64,000 nt of DNA from Eledone cirrhosa (Eukaryota): NCBI GenBank assembly GCA_964016885.1, contig OZ024743.1, positions 161,634,001 to 161,698,000 on the forward strand, given 5' to 3'. The notes under the pieces were generated by a model that saw only the letters and a program-made list of their open reading frames with translations, was not told the DNA's origin and did not search any database. This document shows, piece after piece, positions 1 to 15,079 of this stretch. Within the stretch, counting starts at the first letter, position 1, and each line of letters starts with the position of its first letter. Both the position numbers and the translations under genes were made by a program.

Positions 1-289
1 TCCACTGAGGCTATCATTAGTATTTTCTAGAATATGTTCTCATGTGTTGTGTATTCATTCATTTCTGAATTGACTAAACCATATTTTATTAGTATACTCT
101 ATCACACTTCTAGCCCATGGGAGGAGTATTATATATATATATATATACATATAAAACTGTATAATGCTGCTGTTTGTTCTCACTTCTTTTTACCTACATA
201 TATCCATGTAGACTGGATTGTTGAAAGTCAAGTGTCTTAACATAGAAACCAGAGATATGATGTGAGCCACTGTATGTCACTCATCCATA

Positions 290-690
290 GGTATTACACT
301 CTACTCCTTGTTAACACTACACCACATGTTTACATTACTTCACATGATTACACTACACCACATGTTTACATTACTTCATGTTTACACTACACCACATGTT
401 TATACTACTTAAAATGTTTACATTATTTCATACAGACAACTTCACATGCTTACACTACTTCACACATTAACACTACTTCACATATTCATCTTTACACTAC
501 TTCACATCATGTTTACACAACTTTACATGTTTAGACTACACCACATGTTAAGATTACTTCACATGTTGACACTATTCCTAACATTTAGACTCCTTCACAA
601 TTTAGAGACTACAACCACATGTTTAATCTATTTCATGTGTTTACACGAGTTTACATGTTAACACTACATCATATGTTTAGATTACAAGTG
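290..690. repeat. Degenerate ~18-bp minisatellite
   Basis: Repeated variants of tacactacaccacatgtt / tacactacttcacatg. Confidence 0.8.
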
Positions 691-739
691 TACATTAAAA
701 TGTTGATAAGTAGACAATGGTGATGTTATTTTACTAAAC

Positions 740-1000
740 ATCATCATTATCATCATTTAATGTCCATTTTTCATGCTAGCATGGGTTAGACGAGTTGTCC
801 CGTTGTGAGCCAAGCCAGATCAGATGACCATGTCTTGCTCATACTGGGCTGATTTTGGCTTGGTTTATACAGCTGGATGCACTAGCTAACACCAACCACA
901 TTCACAGAGTGGACTGGGTGTTTTTTGTTGTGACACCTACATGACAACTTTACAGTGTGGCCTGGGTGCTTTTAGTTGTGGCACCAGAAATGACCTCTTT
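740..1000 (-). mobile_element. RTE LINE 3' UTR/tail fragment
   Basis: (cat)n tail followed by ttaatgtccatttttcatgctagcatgggttagacg...gctggatg; same block follows the RTE ORF end at 37787-38185. Confidence 0.75.
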
Positions 1001-1187
1001 AAATATACCTCCATTTCAAAGCCTGGCTTATTTTTGTAATCTCATAATACTCTACTAATACACTACATAAAATCAACTCTTCTTTAATAATATTATTTGA
1101 TGTTTCACATAATTAGTTGTTATTCAATATGTCTCTATTTGTAGTCAACAGGTAATTTTGATAACATTCTACTCCTATATTATATAA

Positions 1188-1620
1188 TTAACTTTTGGGG
1201 AGTAATGCTACCAATGAAAATATGCACACATATTGGTTTTCACTTTAATTTATTATATTAATAACTGGATGGTTGTTTATTTGTTTATAGTCAAAGCTCT
1301 TTCATCACACATTCTTTGACCTCCTCAATGACTACTTTTGTTGTTATTTTGTGTCTCTCCTGTATTCTGTCCTACACCATCTTGTTTTTCTGAGATGGTG
1401 TAGGATAGAAACAAGATGGTGTAGGACAAAACAAGGAGGGACATAAAATAAAAAAATTAGTCACCGAGGAGGTCACAGAATGTGAAGAAAAAGCTTTGAC
1501 TATAAACAAAAAAACAGCCATCCAGTTATTAAACTAACCAACTGGCAGTTTATGATAAATTGAATCGAAAACCAACAGATGCATATGTTTTATTGGCAGC
1601 ATGACCCTCCCAAAGTATTA
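1188..1620. mobile_element. Fold-back (inverted pLTR-like) element with a decayed hammerhead in each arm
   Basis: ~200-bp arms are reverse complements (taataactggatgg / ccatccagttatta; ttgtttatagtcaaagct / agctttgactataaacaa). HHR-like cores at 1288-1334 (-) and 1458-1502 (+). Confidence 0.7.
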
Positions 1621-2859
1621 AAATATCTGTCTGATTATCTCAAGCTGTCAATTGGTTATAGAATATATAGTGTAATGTGTGTTTCTAGATGGCCGTGGCA
1701 TGAATTGAAATTGACTGTGAGTCACTCAACAGTTATATGGAATATCCACCCTACTTTTTCAGACACTTTATTTTCTAAATCCTAGAGGTATGTAAGTAAA
1801 AAAATTGGGTTGAAACAGGATTTGAACTGTACACAGCAAATTCAGCTACCAATTCAATGCAACAGAATAAATTGCAGAGCTTCCTTTCTCTAATTCCCAC
1901 AAGTGACTCTGTTCACTTTTTTCTGTTTCTAGTGGATTACATACCCAACTGGTTCTGCTATTTTATAGTAAAACCTGCATTGAAGCAGCTTACTACAAGT
2001 TAATATTCTTTCAAAATAATGATTAGCTTTTGTATTTCTCTAACAACATCATCTATATCTCTACATAAAATCGATTTCAATTTAGAGCTTCTTTCAAAAT
2101 CTTATTTTCAAACCTGACCCCTTCCAAATGCTGACTTAGTACAAGGGTATACATGACACTGGGAGAAAAACATCTCCATTAACACACTTTTTCCTCAATC
2201 AGTCTTGGGGCCTCAATCTATGGATACATCTAACATGTAAGATATATTTTGTAAGGCTATTCCAAAAAGAAGCCATAAGACTCACATGTGGGATGGTCAC
2301 ATTTAATGTTTGATCGTTATTTGTTATTCTGAGGTTCTTCTGCTTAACAAAATCCGTTATTACTGTTGAAAGGCACATTGCATTACATCCCTGAAAAAAA
2401 AAATCACCTAACCCTATTGATTAAAGCTTCAGGCCTGTTAAAGAAATTATTATTATTATTATAAATTTTAAATTGTGCCAAGATTCATGTTACCTTTCCT
2501 CCTTTAAGATTTGGTAAAATATGTACCAAATGCACCGAAGTTGATTCAATCAACTATAACCCCTCCCTCAACAAATCTTGTACCAATGTAAACAAAAATC
2601 CTTATTTTATTTTTTTTTATTATATTTATTTTAGTTTATATTTATCCTAAATACAAACATAACATCTACACTCAAACCTTTTTCAATGTCACCAAATTCT
2701 CAACTCTTAACTAACAATGAATTTTGATGGAATATACTTTTTTTCAATATTCATTTGTTTTTCATTATCTATTTGTTTCAATTTGCATTAACCCAAACTG
2801 CCTCTTCAAAAATGTTGAAAAACTAAAAAATAAGAAATAATAAATAAATTGATATTAAA

Positions 2860-2894
<35 letters not shown>

Positions 2895-5800
2895 TTAAAA
2901 TGTTCTCATCCTTGTACTAACTTCTGTTTATTTATGCATCTGACTTGTATAAAATAAAAATAAAAATTATCTTCAGAAAAGATGAGATGAGAATTTGTCA
3001 AAATTTAAGTGTCTTAATATTTCCAGCCTGCTGTAAACTTCAAAAGAGGATTGTTGAATCAGAATTTAAAAAAAAAAAAAGAAAAGGAAGAAAACAGAAA
3101 GCACCAGTGAAATATTATCCCAAAATACTGAGAGCCATTTTTGATGTGTGGATAATACATGAAACTATTTCATATTTTAGCAAAGTAGTCATTAGAACAA
3201 TTGAACAAGTTTATTTTCCAAACTCTGACTGTATTTATTGCAAAAATCTTAATGTTATAAAGAAAAGAAGAAAGTATTGATACAAACACTTGTTTGTGTG
3301 TTTGATTCTAAGAATATTCTTTTGGGCCCATAACTGTATGTATTGTAATGCTTGAATGGAATCAAACTTTTCAGTGTTAAGGAATGCATACTCAGTTGAA
3401 GTGCTAGACAGCAATATTATAATTATTATTATTATTATTATTATTATTATTGGTGTCTCAGTCATTGATGTTATTTAACTGAAAAGTTTGCTCAGATGAA
3501 CATCAAGCCGCTACCTGCAGCCTCATTATTATTATTATTATCATCATCATTATTATTATTATCATTATAAAAAAGTTGAAAAGAAACGATATAAGAGCAC
3601 CTGAAAAAAAAACAAAGGAAAACATATCCAATCACCAAGAACTTGATGACTACATTCTTTCTACCATAGAATTTATACATTCTCACATACATACAAACAT
3701 ACATGTATACAATATATATATATATCTTTTTTATATAATTATTATTATGTAATTGTAGATCTGTATTCTTGCCATTCTTGTTTGTTAACTTCATTTCAAA
3801 TTACTATTTGCTAAAGTAATTAAAAATTTTTTCCTAATTCAATTTCAAATTCAAAACTAACATTTTTGATTAAATAAGCTAATTCTTAACTGTGATACAG
3901 AACTGTTCACAGGAGGGGAGGGCTTTAGAGATTTCAAAGGTTTCTACAGTCAACATCAAAGCAGCTAGAACGTAGCCATTCTAGCTGCTCCACCTTGACA
4001 TGTAAACCTATTGTTAAGCTACTTTCTTTGGCATTTTATCAAGCTTTTCCATAAAAGTGCTAATTTTTAAATGCTTTTCAAACATTTTCGTTAAATAATT
4101 GTTGAAATTTCATGACTAACTTACTTTTTGCTGGGGTTTTTAGGATTTTTTTCCACCCTTTAAATTCTTTCTATAAAACATTATTCCTCTTCAGTTCCTC
4201 CCTCCCTGAAAGTATGAAATATAATAAAACCAGATTAAAAATGCGTTTTCAGAGATTGAAAGTTCTGGAATAAATCTCCTGAATAGTTTTTAAAGTATTT
4301 TTATTTACTTAACTTTTGACTTTTTAGAAGGAGTTTCTACTTCAATATTTTATTCCCTCTGTCTATATATCTTTTGATTTCCTTTCATCTCATTCTCTTT
4401 CATTAGCTTCCTAATCTATATAAATCACTTGGAATTATTTAATGTGTTCCTTTTAAATCCTAGAAAAAAGAAGTCAAAATTTGGCTTTCCCAATTTCTTC
4501 TGACTGCAAGCCTTACTCGTCTTCTGCTGAAAAGTGTTTTATTTGCAGTCATTGTTAATGGTTGTACTTTATTTTAAAGAAACACCAAAGTACAAGGAAC
4601 AGAAATCCATTGCTTGGATGCCCGTTTTTTATAAGGTTATTATGTTTCTTTTTGATGAAATTTAAAAAGAATGAAACAAAACACTTAAATAGTTAAGGTT
4701 ATCATTTGCACTAGTTCTGTTTGACAGTAGTTGAATTTCCCTATGTAGATGTCAGAAAATTGGGGGTATTAAAATAACGATTCCCAAATAGGCATCACTT
4801 GAAGTATGAGATGTGTGAACAACTAATTTGGTTGACTGTCACATCCAGAATTCAGCTTGCTTCTAAGATTTCTATATTTCTGAGTTTGGGTAGTAGTGAA
4901 AATATTTTAGTTTAAAACATCTAGGTGGACTGCTATGAATATTACTAAATGAACTGAATAACTGTAAGATGATATTTAACTAAAGGTATCATATTCACTT
5001 CCAGTTCGAACTTCAATAATTAAAGGGATCTTTCTAAATTTAATTTGTTCTGGATCTCTCCTCCTAATTATAACCAAGAGTTAATGAATTACTCTTTAAA
5101 AATTGTTTTTTTCATTTCATTTGTTTTCAGTGTATTCATTTCTTAAATGAAAAGTAAAATAAATGTTTAACATCTCAAGAAATATTCCAGCTTTTACAGC
5201 TTATCCTAACTTGTAGTATGCTTACTATCATCTCTTCTTCCTTGTCTCCACTCTTCCATATGTTCCTATTACATCCAGCAGCTACATTCATATTTATCCA
5301 TACCCACAGCCCTTCATTCATTATCTTCATTATGTGATATTCCATTATTATCAATTCCCTCTGAATTCTCACTTTTCATCTTTCAGCTGCCATATTTTTT
5401 TGCTGTTTATTTTTCTATTAAGCAGTCAGATTGAGTTGCACAATGCAATGGAAAGAATATAATCTTTTGCCTTCACATTTTCTATTGAACCTTTTGTTCT
5501 AAACACAAAATGAGAAGAAAAAAAATCCCTTTGTTTACAGCAATGCATCATGAGGACACAAAAGTCAAATCAGTTTTTGGTTTTTGCTGTTATTTAAAAA
5601 TAACGATTTTCAATTACTCAAATGCAATAAAATTCTTCTTTTTTGAGAAATTATATAAGGTTTAGGGGTGAGAAAATTTACCTATACATCTATAATCTTA
5701 TGTTTCTCAACTGAAGGTAAAACACGGGTTTGTTTGCTGAGAAATTGTAAACATTTTATTTGTGTTTTTATTACTTTTTTATTCTCTTCTGAATCAATAG

Positions 5801-7961
5801 ATCAGAGATATGTAAGAAAATGTGGCTTATGTAAACATCAGCTGCTCCCTTAGACAAAGACTGTCACTACAAATGTTATACCACTTTAAATATCTGCTCA
5901 GTTTAGCATTAAATTAGAGAGTTTGTTTTGTTATTATTCATTATCTATTTTCTTGCTTGTTATTTTGACAAAAGCAATAAGTACATGCTCAAAGTTTATC
6001 ACAGAATTATCACAGAAAATATCACCTTAACTAAATCTTTATTTTGTAATCTGCTAAAGATGAGCTCTATACATTGACAAAGCAGAAATATGGAAGTGTT
6101 GGTGGGAAGGTAAAACAAACCAGAAAGATAAAAGAAACATGTATAGATTTACTTTTGGGTATATTTTTACATAGATTTTAAATATTTCTTTCAAAGGGTA
6201 TCATAATATAATATTTCCAAAATCCATTTCAGATTTTATGATGTACCATCTCTCTTTAAACAGAATTCATTTCATAATATAGATACCATGTCAATAATAA
6301 ATCCCTCATATTCTTATATATACAGACAGACACACACATATATGATGTGTTTGTATTCAACTTCACCAAATGTTCTGTTATTTTCTATATTTATGTCTCA
6401 CCCAATTTCATTACTTACCTGATACAAAACTAACAGCAAAAACAAACAGCAAAATTATTGTAGTTATGATTATTACACTTGTAGTGTAATTACAGGTATT
6501 GAAAAAGACAAATGAATCAATATTTTTCCTATACATAATTGCCTTTATGATAATAACTGTTATACTGTTGTAATGATTTTTAATGCTTTTTTTTATTTTT
6601 GGTTTTTATATGTTTAACCATCTTTCTTCTTGTAGGAAGCAATAACTACACAGATTTGAAGTTGGTGTCAAGACATGTAACCCACAGTAAAATTTAAATA
6701 TAAAGACGAAGAAAAACTAGACTAAGTTACCTCCCATGTTTGGAATTTAGTAGCCTCCCTTAGATTGTTTTATTGGTTGAATCGGCCTAGTTAGTGAAAT
6801 TAAGGTAAAGAAGTTTGCATAATATCAAGTCACCATTGCTTAACATACTTGATATTACTTCGGATTTAGTTGTAGAGAAACTTAACTCTACTGCTATATC
6901 TGGTTTGCAGGAGATCAATTTATACATACATAGTCTATATGTGTCAGTAAACAAATCCTCAGGCACATATACAAGGTGAAAAATTCATGTTTAAAAATCA
7001 GATTTTTTTTTTTTTTGCCAACAAATTGTCTGTTGCTTTAAGCAACAGACAATTATTGTTTACTCTAGAATGACAAAGACAGATATATTGCAACTGTATC
7101 AGTGTTATTATGCCTTCATGTGTTTATAATCCATTTAACACTTAAGAGATTACTACAACTGCTACTTATGGATTGTCAGAATTGTTAGTGTCAGGCAAAG
7201 TGCCTTACATTCTGAGTTTAAATGCCATTGTGGTCCCTCTCTCCAAAATTTCTGGCATTATGCTAGAAAAATTATTGTTAATATTATTATTATTGTCATG
7301 TCACTATAGACAAGGTCTGGGGATTTGCAAATAAATGGCTAATTCTTTCCAGACTTTCCTTATCTTTTTTTTTATAGGCAATAACCTGTATTTATTGAAC
7401 AAAAGTTATACAATGAGGGAAATATTAAAAAAGGATAAAAACAAAATTAAATAATGAAAAAGATGGAAAAGGGGTAAAGAAGAGTTGATCTGTCTGTATA
7501 GGAAAGAACTATGAATGCCATAAATGAGAAGAAAAGGAGAGAAAGAGCAAGGACTATTAGACAACGGAAGAAAGAGGGGGAAGGAGAGAGGGTGATAGAT
7601 TCTACACCTAGGTCGGGGCAGTGCTTCAGCTGTGCCCCATGGACAAAATGGCAAAGGCATTTCTGCAGACAATGGCCAGCAACATCTGCTGAAATAGCCA
7701 TCCCAACTCGTGGAGCTCCTTCTTCAGATGGGCTGCTGACGTTCCAATTTTACAGAGTTGTCTTTTAGGCTAAAATTCCCAAATTATACCTGAATGTGAG
7801 TTATTTTTTATTTTAGAATTTCTCTTATATCAACCAATTGTATCTGGGAGATTATAGAAGAAAAAAACAAGTGTTCACCCTAAAGACATGCCTGACACAG
7901 TATATAGACAAATATATATAGACATAAATAGCAGTCTTTATACTTAATAATATATTGTTAA

Positions 7962-8515
7962 CAGGGCCAGATTTAGACCTCATGAGGTCCCAGGGAACTT
8001 CAGGTGGGGGGTGAGGTTCCTCATACACAAAAAATAAAAATACACAGCAAACCTCCAATTTTACATATTAAAGTCAGCTTGACACAAGTGATTAGAATTG
8101 AAAAGTTATACATATAGGAATTAAAAATATCTAACCATCCTCATTTACGCCCACTTTCTACACTGGCATGTGCTGGATGGGTTGTCACAGTCCAAGACCA
8201 GACATATTGGAGCGACCTCATCTTGCTCATACATTACATATTTGGCAAGGTTTCTGTGACTGAATGCCCTTCCTAACATAACCAATTTAGTGTTTACTTG
8301 GTGCATTGTTTTTGTGATACCAGCAAATACTTTTATTAGAATATTGTTCGGATATCTCTGAAGTTGAGAAAATTTGATGAATTTTACCACAGTAAGGACA
8401 TTAAATACTTTTTGTTGAAAATATAGTCCTCGCCATAGTGTACAAATAAATTGCTATGGCTGCTGTGGGGGGCCTGGGGTAATTGCCCCTTTGTCCCCCA
8501 TTAAATCCAGCCCTG
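7962..8515. mobile_element. hAT-like MITE with nested RTE tail fragment
   Basis: TIRs cagggccagattta / taaatccagccctg; flanks attgttaa / actgttag match at 6 of 8 positions (decayed 8-bp TSD). RTE 3'UTR-like piece at ~8137-8330. Confidence 0.6.
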
Positions 8516-9779
8516 ACTGTTAGTGACTGGAAATTTTAGAAGCAGTTCCTTAACTCCATCACTGAGATATTTCCTCTCCCAGCAGTTAGCATCTTCACAA
8601 AAGCTTTATAAGGGAAAGAGAAAAATGTTTCAGTTTAACAAAATCTTATGTGTCTGATTGTGATTTGTCCTGTAAAAAAATAATTATCACCCTTCCCCCT
8701 CCACAAACACACACTCCTTTATATAGGGACTAAAACTAAGAGGCAATATAAGTCCAACTGCTGAGTGAAATACAACTGACTGCAAACATATTTTACCTCT
8801 AAAACATACACTAAAAGCTTTCCTCCTTGTTTAATAAAGATTTTCTTATTTTTTCTTCCATTTTTTAAACAATATTTTTATGTATATTTTTTGTTCCATG
8901 TTAATCTTTTTCTTGTCCTGGAACAAACAGGAACAAACTTTTGGTTACATGTGACCCAACAAGGCCACATGTGGACTAACATTTCATGTTTAATGGCATG
9001 CAAAGCCTCAATGTGTATTATGTCGGTTTTTTTTTGGCATTAAAATTCTTAATTGAAAAAAAATAATAATTTAAGATGTTTTTCTTCTTTATTTGTAATT
9101 GTTTCCTAATGTGACATGTATAGGGGTGTAACATATTCAAAGAGAGAAAGAAAGAAAAAGTGTGTAACGTAACAGAGGCAGCAGTTGTATAACTGAACAT
9201 TCACCAGCCAGCTTCGTTTCAGCACACCCATAGCTGTATCATGAAAGCATGTTGACACGTCATTCAGTAAAGCAGTTATTAGATATTAAGATATATAAAT
9301 ACTAAGTACGTAAGTTTCAGGTAAATTTTAGTGCTTTAATAAGATTTCACATTTGACCATAACATTTTTACTGTGGGATATGTTATCTTTGAATCTTGGA
9401 TCTAAAATGACAATCTTCATTTTAATGACTATGCAGTTAATTTGGCAGCTACATTAAGCAGGTCAAATGACTACACAGAAAGTTCTTAACAATCCAAACA
9501 TGAAATCTAAATGCTGGTTATTACAAATAGGTAGAGAGTCAAATAGCTTGAAACACAAGGATGAGCCACAGATAACTAATGTATTGTTAGTAAATTAGAA
9601 AACTCAAAAGTTCCTAGCAGTATCGTTCAAACTTCCTTCTTTTCCAAACTACAGGTATAAAAACACTTACCAGTATATTGTTTCTCTTTTTTTTTTTATT
9701 CTTTTGTTTTGTTACTTAACACAAATCTGGTAAGGTGAGAGGAAAACAAACCTACAGATATAACTGATATCATGGAAGT

Positions 9780-10060
9780 ATTTAGCAGTTGAAACACCTA
9801 TGAAATGAAATCCATGAACTGATCAGATGTCTCACTAGATGTAGTTGATAGCTTCTGTTATCTAGAGGATCTAATTAGAATTGGAAGAAGTTGTAGTGAA
9901 AGTATAGCTGATAGAATTAAAAGAAGTTTCAATTGTTACGTGTGTTGATAACAAAATTCTCTCTCCCCATGCAAAACATGCCTACAAGAAGCATGTTTAA
10001 GATATTTCATTCTCCATGGTAGTAAAATATGAACAGATCTTTGGAAACTGGAGAAAAATA
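9780..10060 (+). pseudogene. Highly decayed RTE RT C-terminal fragment
   Basis: gtagttgatagcttctgttatcta reads VVDSFCYL; remnant of the family at 37075-37786. Confidence 0.55.
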
Positions 10061-10474
10061 ATTCAGGTATAGATATATCTGTTAACTTGCTTGGAATTTA
10101 CAGCATATGGGTAGGGTACTAATGGTATCAGCTAATATGTGAAAGGGAGATGGTTGCTGGCATGGACATGTATGAATATACAATGATTTGAGGATGTAAA
10201 TTTGCTGTGTACAAATAGTGGAGAGTTCTGCAGCATAGGAAAGTTAAAGGAATCATCAAATCTCAAGCTGTGAGGTATCAATGTCAATACTAATGGTAAT
10301 ATGCTGTACAGCACATATGTTCAACACATGCCAACATGAAGAATTGTTCCAAAATGCTTCCATTCATATCAGAAGTCTCTGCCAGTGGTGTCATCTATCA
10401 ATCAAACTGTCTCCTCTCTCCTGTGTGTGTGTTTGTGTTAGGTTGATGACAGCCAATGAAAAGAGTTACATGAC

Positions 10475-10650
10475 ATCGTCATCATCCGGCGGCTTTAGCC
10501 GAAATGGACTCAACAATTGATCTCCACGTGGGCCTGTCGTTCATTGCTGTTGCCAAGTCCTGGATTTCAATACCAGAATCTCTGGAGATGACATTGGGAT
10601 AGGAGAGCTTGCACCCCCTGTTATTAGTGACTGTTTGTAGTTTCCAAAGC
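10475..10650 (-). mobile_element. RTE LINE 3' end (another family)
   Basis: Encodes YPNVISRDSGIEIQDLATAMNDRPTWRSIV...*, followed by a short (gat)n tail. Confidence 0.65.
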
Positions 10651-10691
10651 ACTAATGGGGACACAGCCTCATAGGTGGCATGATGGCAGTG

Positions 10692-10833
10692 GCCAGCAAA
10701 TCTTACTCACCTTTTACGTACGAGAGATATGTGTGGGAGGCTGGCATATATTTCTTTCAAAGCCAGCAAATCTTACTCACCTTTTACGTACGACAGATAT
10801 GTGTGGGAGGTCGGCATATATTTCTTTCAAAGT
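10692..10833. repeat. Tandem 70-bp direct duplication
   Basis: gccagcaaatcttactcaccttttacgtacga.agatatgtgtgggagg...catatatttctttcaaag occurs twice; (CA)n follows at ~10882-10909. Confidence 0.9.
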
Positions 10834-11370
10834 CAGATGTCGCCAGCTTATGTTCTGAATCAAACAGAACCAGTTGTAAATCACACACACACACACACAC
10901 ACACACACATTGCTTTGTTACAGCTTGGTGAAGAAACTGAATGATATTTTTGAGTCTTAAAACTAAATGCCTCATAGACAATATAGTGCACAGAGGGAAA
11001 AAGGATGAGAAGCTATCATATGTCCAGGCATCTAAGTAAATGATGATAATGAAGAAGAGGAAAATATTATTTCAACAAATTTCATAATTCAAAGATGAAT
11101 ATGCTCAGTATAAAAATTCCTGGTAATGCTTCACAAAAGGAGAAAAAAAGAAATAGTTATTAACTCTTAATATCCTGTATCATGAAACTGCATAAAAAAG
11201 ACATTTAAGAAAAGTACAAAACAGCACTATGGTTACATCACATTAAACATTAAAGTCTTTAGTTTACTGCAAATTTTCACACAGGTCTGTGTATGAGTAA
11301 AAATACCATGAATATCTTTTTTTAAGGTATTTACTGCTAAATCATTGCAGAATGTTAAGAGCTAAAATAA

Positions 11371-11558
11371 AATAATTGTTTCTACTTTTGGCACAAGGCC
11401 AGCAATTATCCCAGTGTATTACTGGTACTTTATTTTATCGACCCAGTAAGGATGAAGGGCAAAGTTAACGTCGGCGGGATTTGAACTCAGATCGTAAAGG
11501 GACGTAACTCTGCAAAGCATGGCGTCCGACCCTCTACCGATACTGCCAACCCACCGTC
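11371..11558 (-). mobile_element. tRNA-derived SINE family A (Nin/Deu-like central domain)
   Basis: Minus strand has A box tggcagtatcgg, B box gagttcaaatcc, central cttcatccttactgggtcgataaaataaagtaccag, and an (att) tail. At least 8 copies in the window. Confidence 0.85.
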
Positions 11559-14500
11559 CTTTCAAGTAATGGCAGTATGTCAGATGTGAAGATGACATGA
11601 AAATTAAACAGGATTAAAATATGTTGACATATTTTCTCTCAAGAGATGTAATTAGTCTGTCAGTAATTATTACAACATAAACAATTAGTAAGAAAAAGAT
11701 AATTACTTTTAGCCTGACATTTAAAAATTGGCACATGGATGTGAGACCACACACATACAAGAAATACAAAGGACGGACACACATGCACATATACAAAAAT
11801 ACAACATACACACTCTAAATGTACAATCACTTAAAAGTATCATCTTTTGACAAATTTAATCAAAATATACGTATCATAAAAAGAAATAATTTATTTTAAA
11901 CATTTTTATTATCAATAAATATTGTTATAACTTTAATACACTTCAGAAAACTCATATGCAAATATGCTGACACTGGTTGGACATTTGGACATATTCACAT
12001 GTACCAGCAGAAACAAAATTTCTGCAGTCCATGTCACATTAGTTTTTAGGGAGATAGCTGTGGAAGATTGTGGCACTCATGTTTCTGAAAATCTATTAGT
12101 TTCACCATTTGACCATCCATGTAGTGAACAGATGAAATGACTGTACAAAGATTGTGGTAAAAATAACATTTCATACATTTTCAACTACTACTTGTAATAT
12201 GAAACAAATAATAATAAGACTGATAATTTCTAACTTAGGCACAGAGCTACACATTTTAGGAAATGGTATAGTCACTTTAATCAACCTAAGAAAAAAATAA
12301 AGTTAACCTCCCAGACTGCTACATAACACATCACTTTCATCCATGCCCCCATAGTTCTCTCCTCCTTTCATAACCTACACTTTGTCTCCTCTTTCATCAT
12401 GAATGTTTCCTCCACAAGATGTGTACCTCTAACCACAAGGCTCTGAAATTCTCTTCCCAGCCACATTTATTATCCAAACATCAACTTATAGCTGTTCCAA
12501 CTGAGCATCAACCACATCAATATTCTCCAGGCCATCATTATAACCTCTACCCTCTCACTAAACCATAAAAAAAGAAAATGGAAAAATCCCAACAAAACTG
12601 AAGATGGAATTTTCTACAATATCTTGTTTCAATGGTTTACAGGATATCTCTTACTTTCCATGAAGAAACAGCAAGATGTTGCGAAACAGGGATACAAAGA
12701 GTATGATAAAAGGAAGACCCTTACAAAAATTATAAGAGAAGGGTCTCCAGAAGATCAGATGGTAAATATGAAAGTATTTTTTTAGAGTAACATTCATTTT
12801 ATCTTACTGAAACAAATAGGGAAGACTAATCAAATCAACAATTGGTAGATTGTCTTTCCACATGATCATGATGTTTTTATTTTAGACAGGAAGGAGAGGG
12901 ATGGCACCCATGATATTTTCAGGCCCTCTGCAACAAAATAGTAGAAAGTAAATGGATCTCTAATCTGACTTCATTTCAAACAATCATTCTCTGGTTAAAT
13001 ACTGATACAATACTGTATTCTACTCAACAGAAGCACGCCTATACCAGTGAAAACATCTCTATTCCAGCAGGCATATTCCTATCAATAATAGTATCTCTAA
13101 CCAAAAATATCTTTTTACCCAGCAGGAGTACCTCTATTCCAACTAATAATACATCTAACTTACTGAAAGTACACTTCCTCAAATACAAGTACAATTGTTA
13201 TAGTAGACCTACATCTAGTTTCAGTAAAATAATGAACTTCAATCCATCAAACCTTGTAAGAGTAACTCATAGAGAAAAGACTGAACAACTGTTACAGATG
13301 ATCCAGGAAGAAATTATATTAATATTTGAAACAGTAGCTCTGCTCGTGTGTGTGGCAGAAATGCATAAACTGGTCATTATAGCAACTATAGTGATATGGT
13401 CATTTCTACTATCTAGATGAGTCATTTTACTAACTTTGCTCATATGGTCAGTATTTATGTTTAGCTATGTCATTACAGCAGCTTTACTCATATGTATAAT
13501 ACTAGTGCCTAGATTTATCTATACTTCAACTCTGCTCATATATACGTTACTACTGCCTAGAATTGTTACAGCTGTTACTGTTGTGATTTGGAAGTTATTA
13601 CTGCCTAGGTCTGTAATTAGAACAACTTTGATCATATGGACATTTCTACTGGTCTCACACAACATTATAATCTATATCTAAAACAATTCACAAATTTAGA
13701 TAAGTTTAGATAAGTTTATATACCATGGGGACATGTAAGTACTGATGTTTCAAGAAAAGTTCATTTTCAGTGAAGAAATTTAAATGTTTGAAGGTATGCA
13801 AGTATGATAAGATAAGGAAAAAAAAATGAAATGTCACTGCCTCATATTTGGACATTGTTCAGTAATGATATAATTCAGTGGAATAACCCTACTCTGACTA
13901 CATGGACATCACATGGCTTGAACTTGATGCTTTTAAAGTAACAACAGTTTGCAAATAGAATATGAAAAAAAGCCTTAAATAATACAGGTCTTTAAAATGA
14001 ATGTTTGAGTGTCACAGAAGTGGCATAAGCTAACAGCTATCAGAGAGTATAATCATCTTTAACTTGTAACCAACATTTAAATCCCTCTATAAATTCTCTT
14101 CTTAATATAAAAACCAAAAATATTTAAAATTAGTAATACAAGAAAAGGAAAAATATAATAAAACAACTATATATTTTGACTTTTATCAAATTATATATAA
14201 CTGTATAACTATACAATAAAATGATAAAATTACTTTAAAACTGAGTAGATGAGGTAAACAATCGAAAGAAAAAAATTAAATGGGTCTGGGATAATTTTAT
14301 TTAAAGTTAATAAATAACAATATTATGTTAATAAATATCATTTTGGGGTGTCGATTTTGGGACTAAAATTATTTTTCAGGGTGCTTTTGTATTTCATAAG
14401 ATTTCTCTCTACTGATGTAATGAAGTTAACTGATATTACTATATTCCAGTAAAGTTACACTGACATGTATTTTTGCTCTTCAAATATATTTACTACCACC

Positions 14501-15079
14501 CTTGATCACAGAATCTTATTCCATTATTCAATAGTTGTATTTAAGGAAATAGAATCTCTTAGTGGAAAATGGTAATATCAATAATAACTTCTGACTTCTG
14601 AAGATAGCATTGTCTGAAACATTCTGAAATATCACAAAGAATTGCATTTAAGCTATCTCCACCACAGACGTTTTTATATAATCAACATATATAAAAAATC
14701 ATCCAAATAAAATATCGTTAGAAATAGTATACTTTAATAAGAACAATTTGAAGAATTTAGAATGCATCTAAAAGAGGTATACATTCTTTTCAAAGATATT
14801 TCAGAATTTAACTGGACATATTGTTTATATATGTCACTGCAATGACACGGAGGGAGTGGGAATAAAACATTTGAAATATTTTAATTAAGGCTAAATGTTT
14901 TAATGTAATCTTTTAGTAGCAGTTATATCTGCTGTAAACATGAGATTGGTGACGTGTAAATACAGACTGTACAATATTCGATGAGAAATGACCACAAATC
15001 GACAGTGAAGAAAAAGAAAATCATTTCTTCACTGTTATAATTTAAATATAAATCATAAAAAACAATGACATGAAATTTC

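Noticed and set aside
11371-11558. tRNA genes
   Set aside because: The A/B boxes belong to multi-copy SINE heads; no cloverleaf.
14296-14301. PRKX poly(A) signal (AATAAA on the minus strand)
   Set aside because: Plausible, but such hexamers are frequent in AT-rich DNA; cannot be chosen without transcript data.
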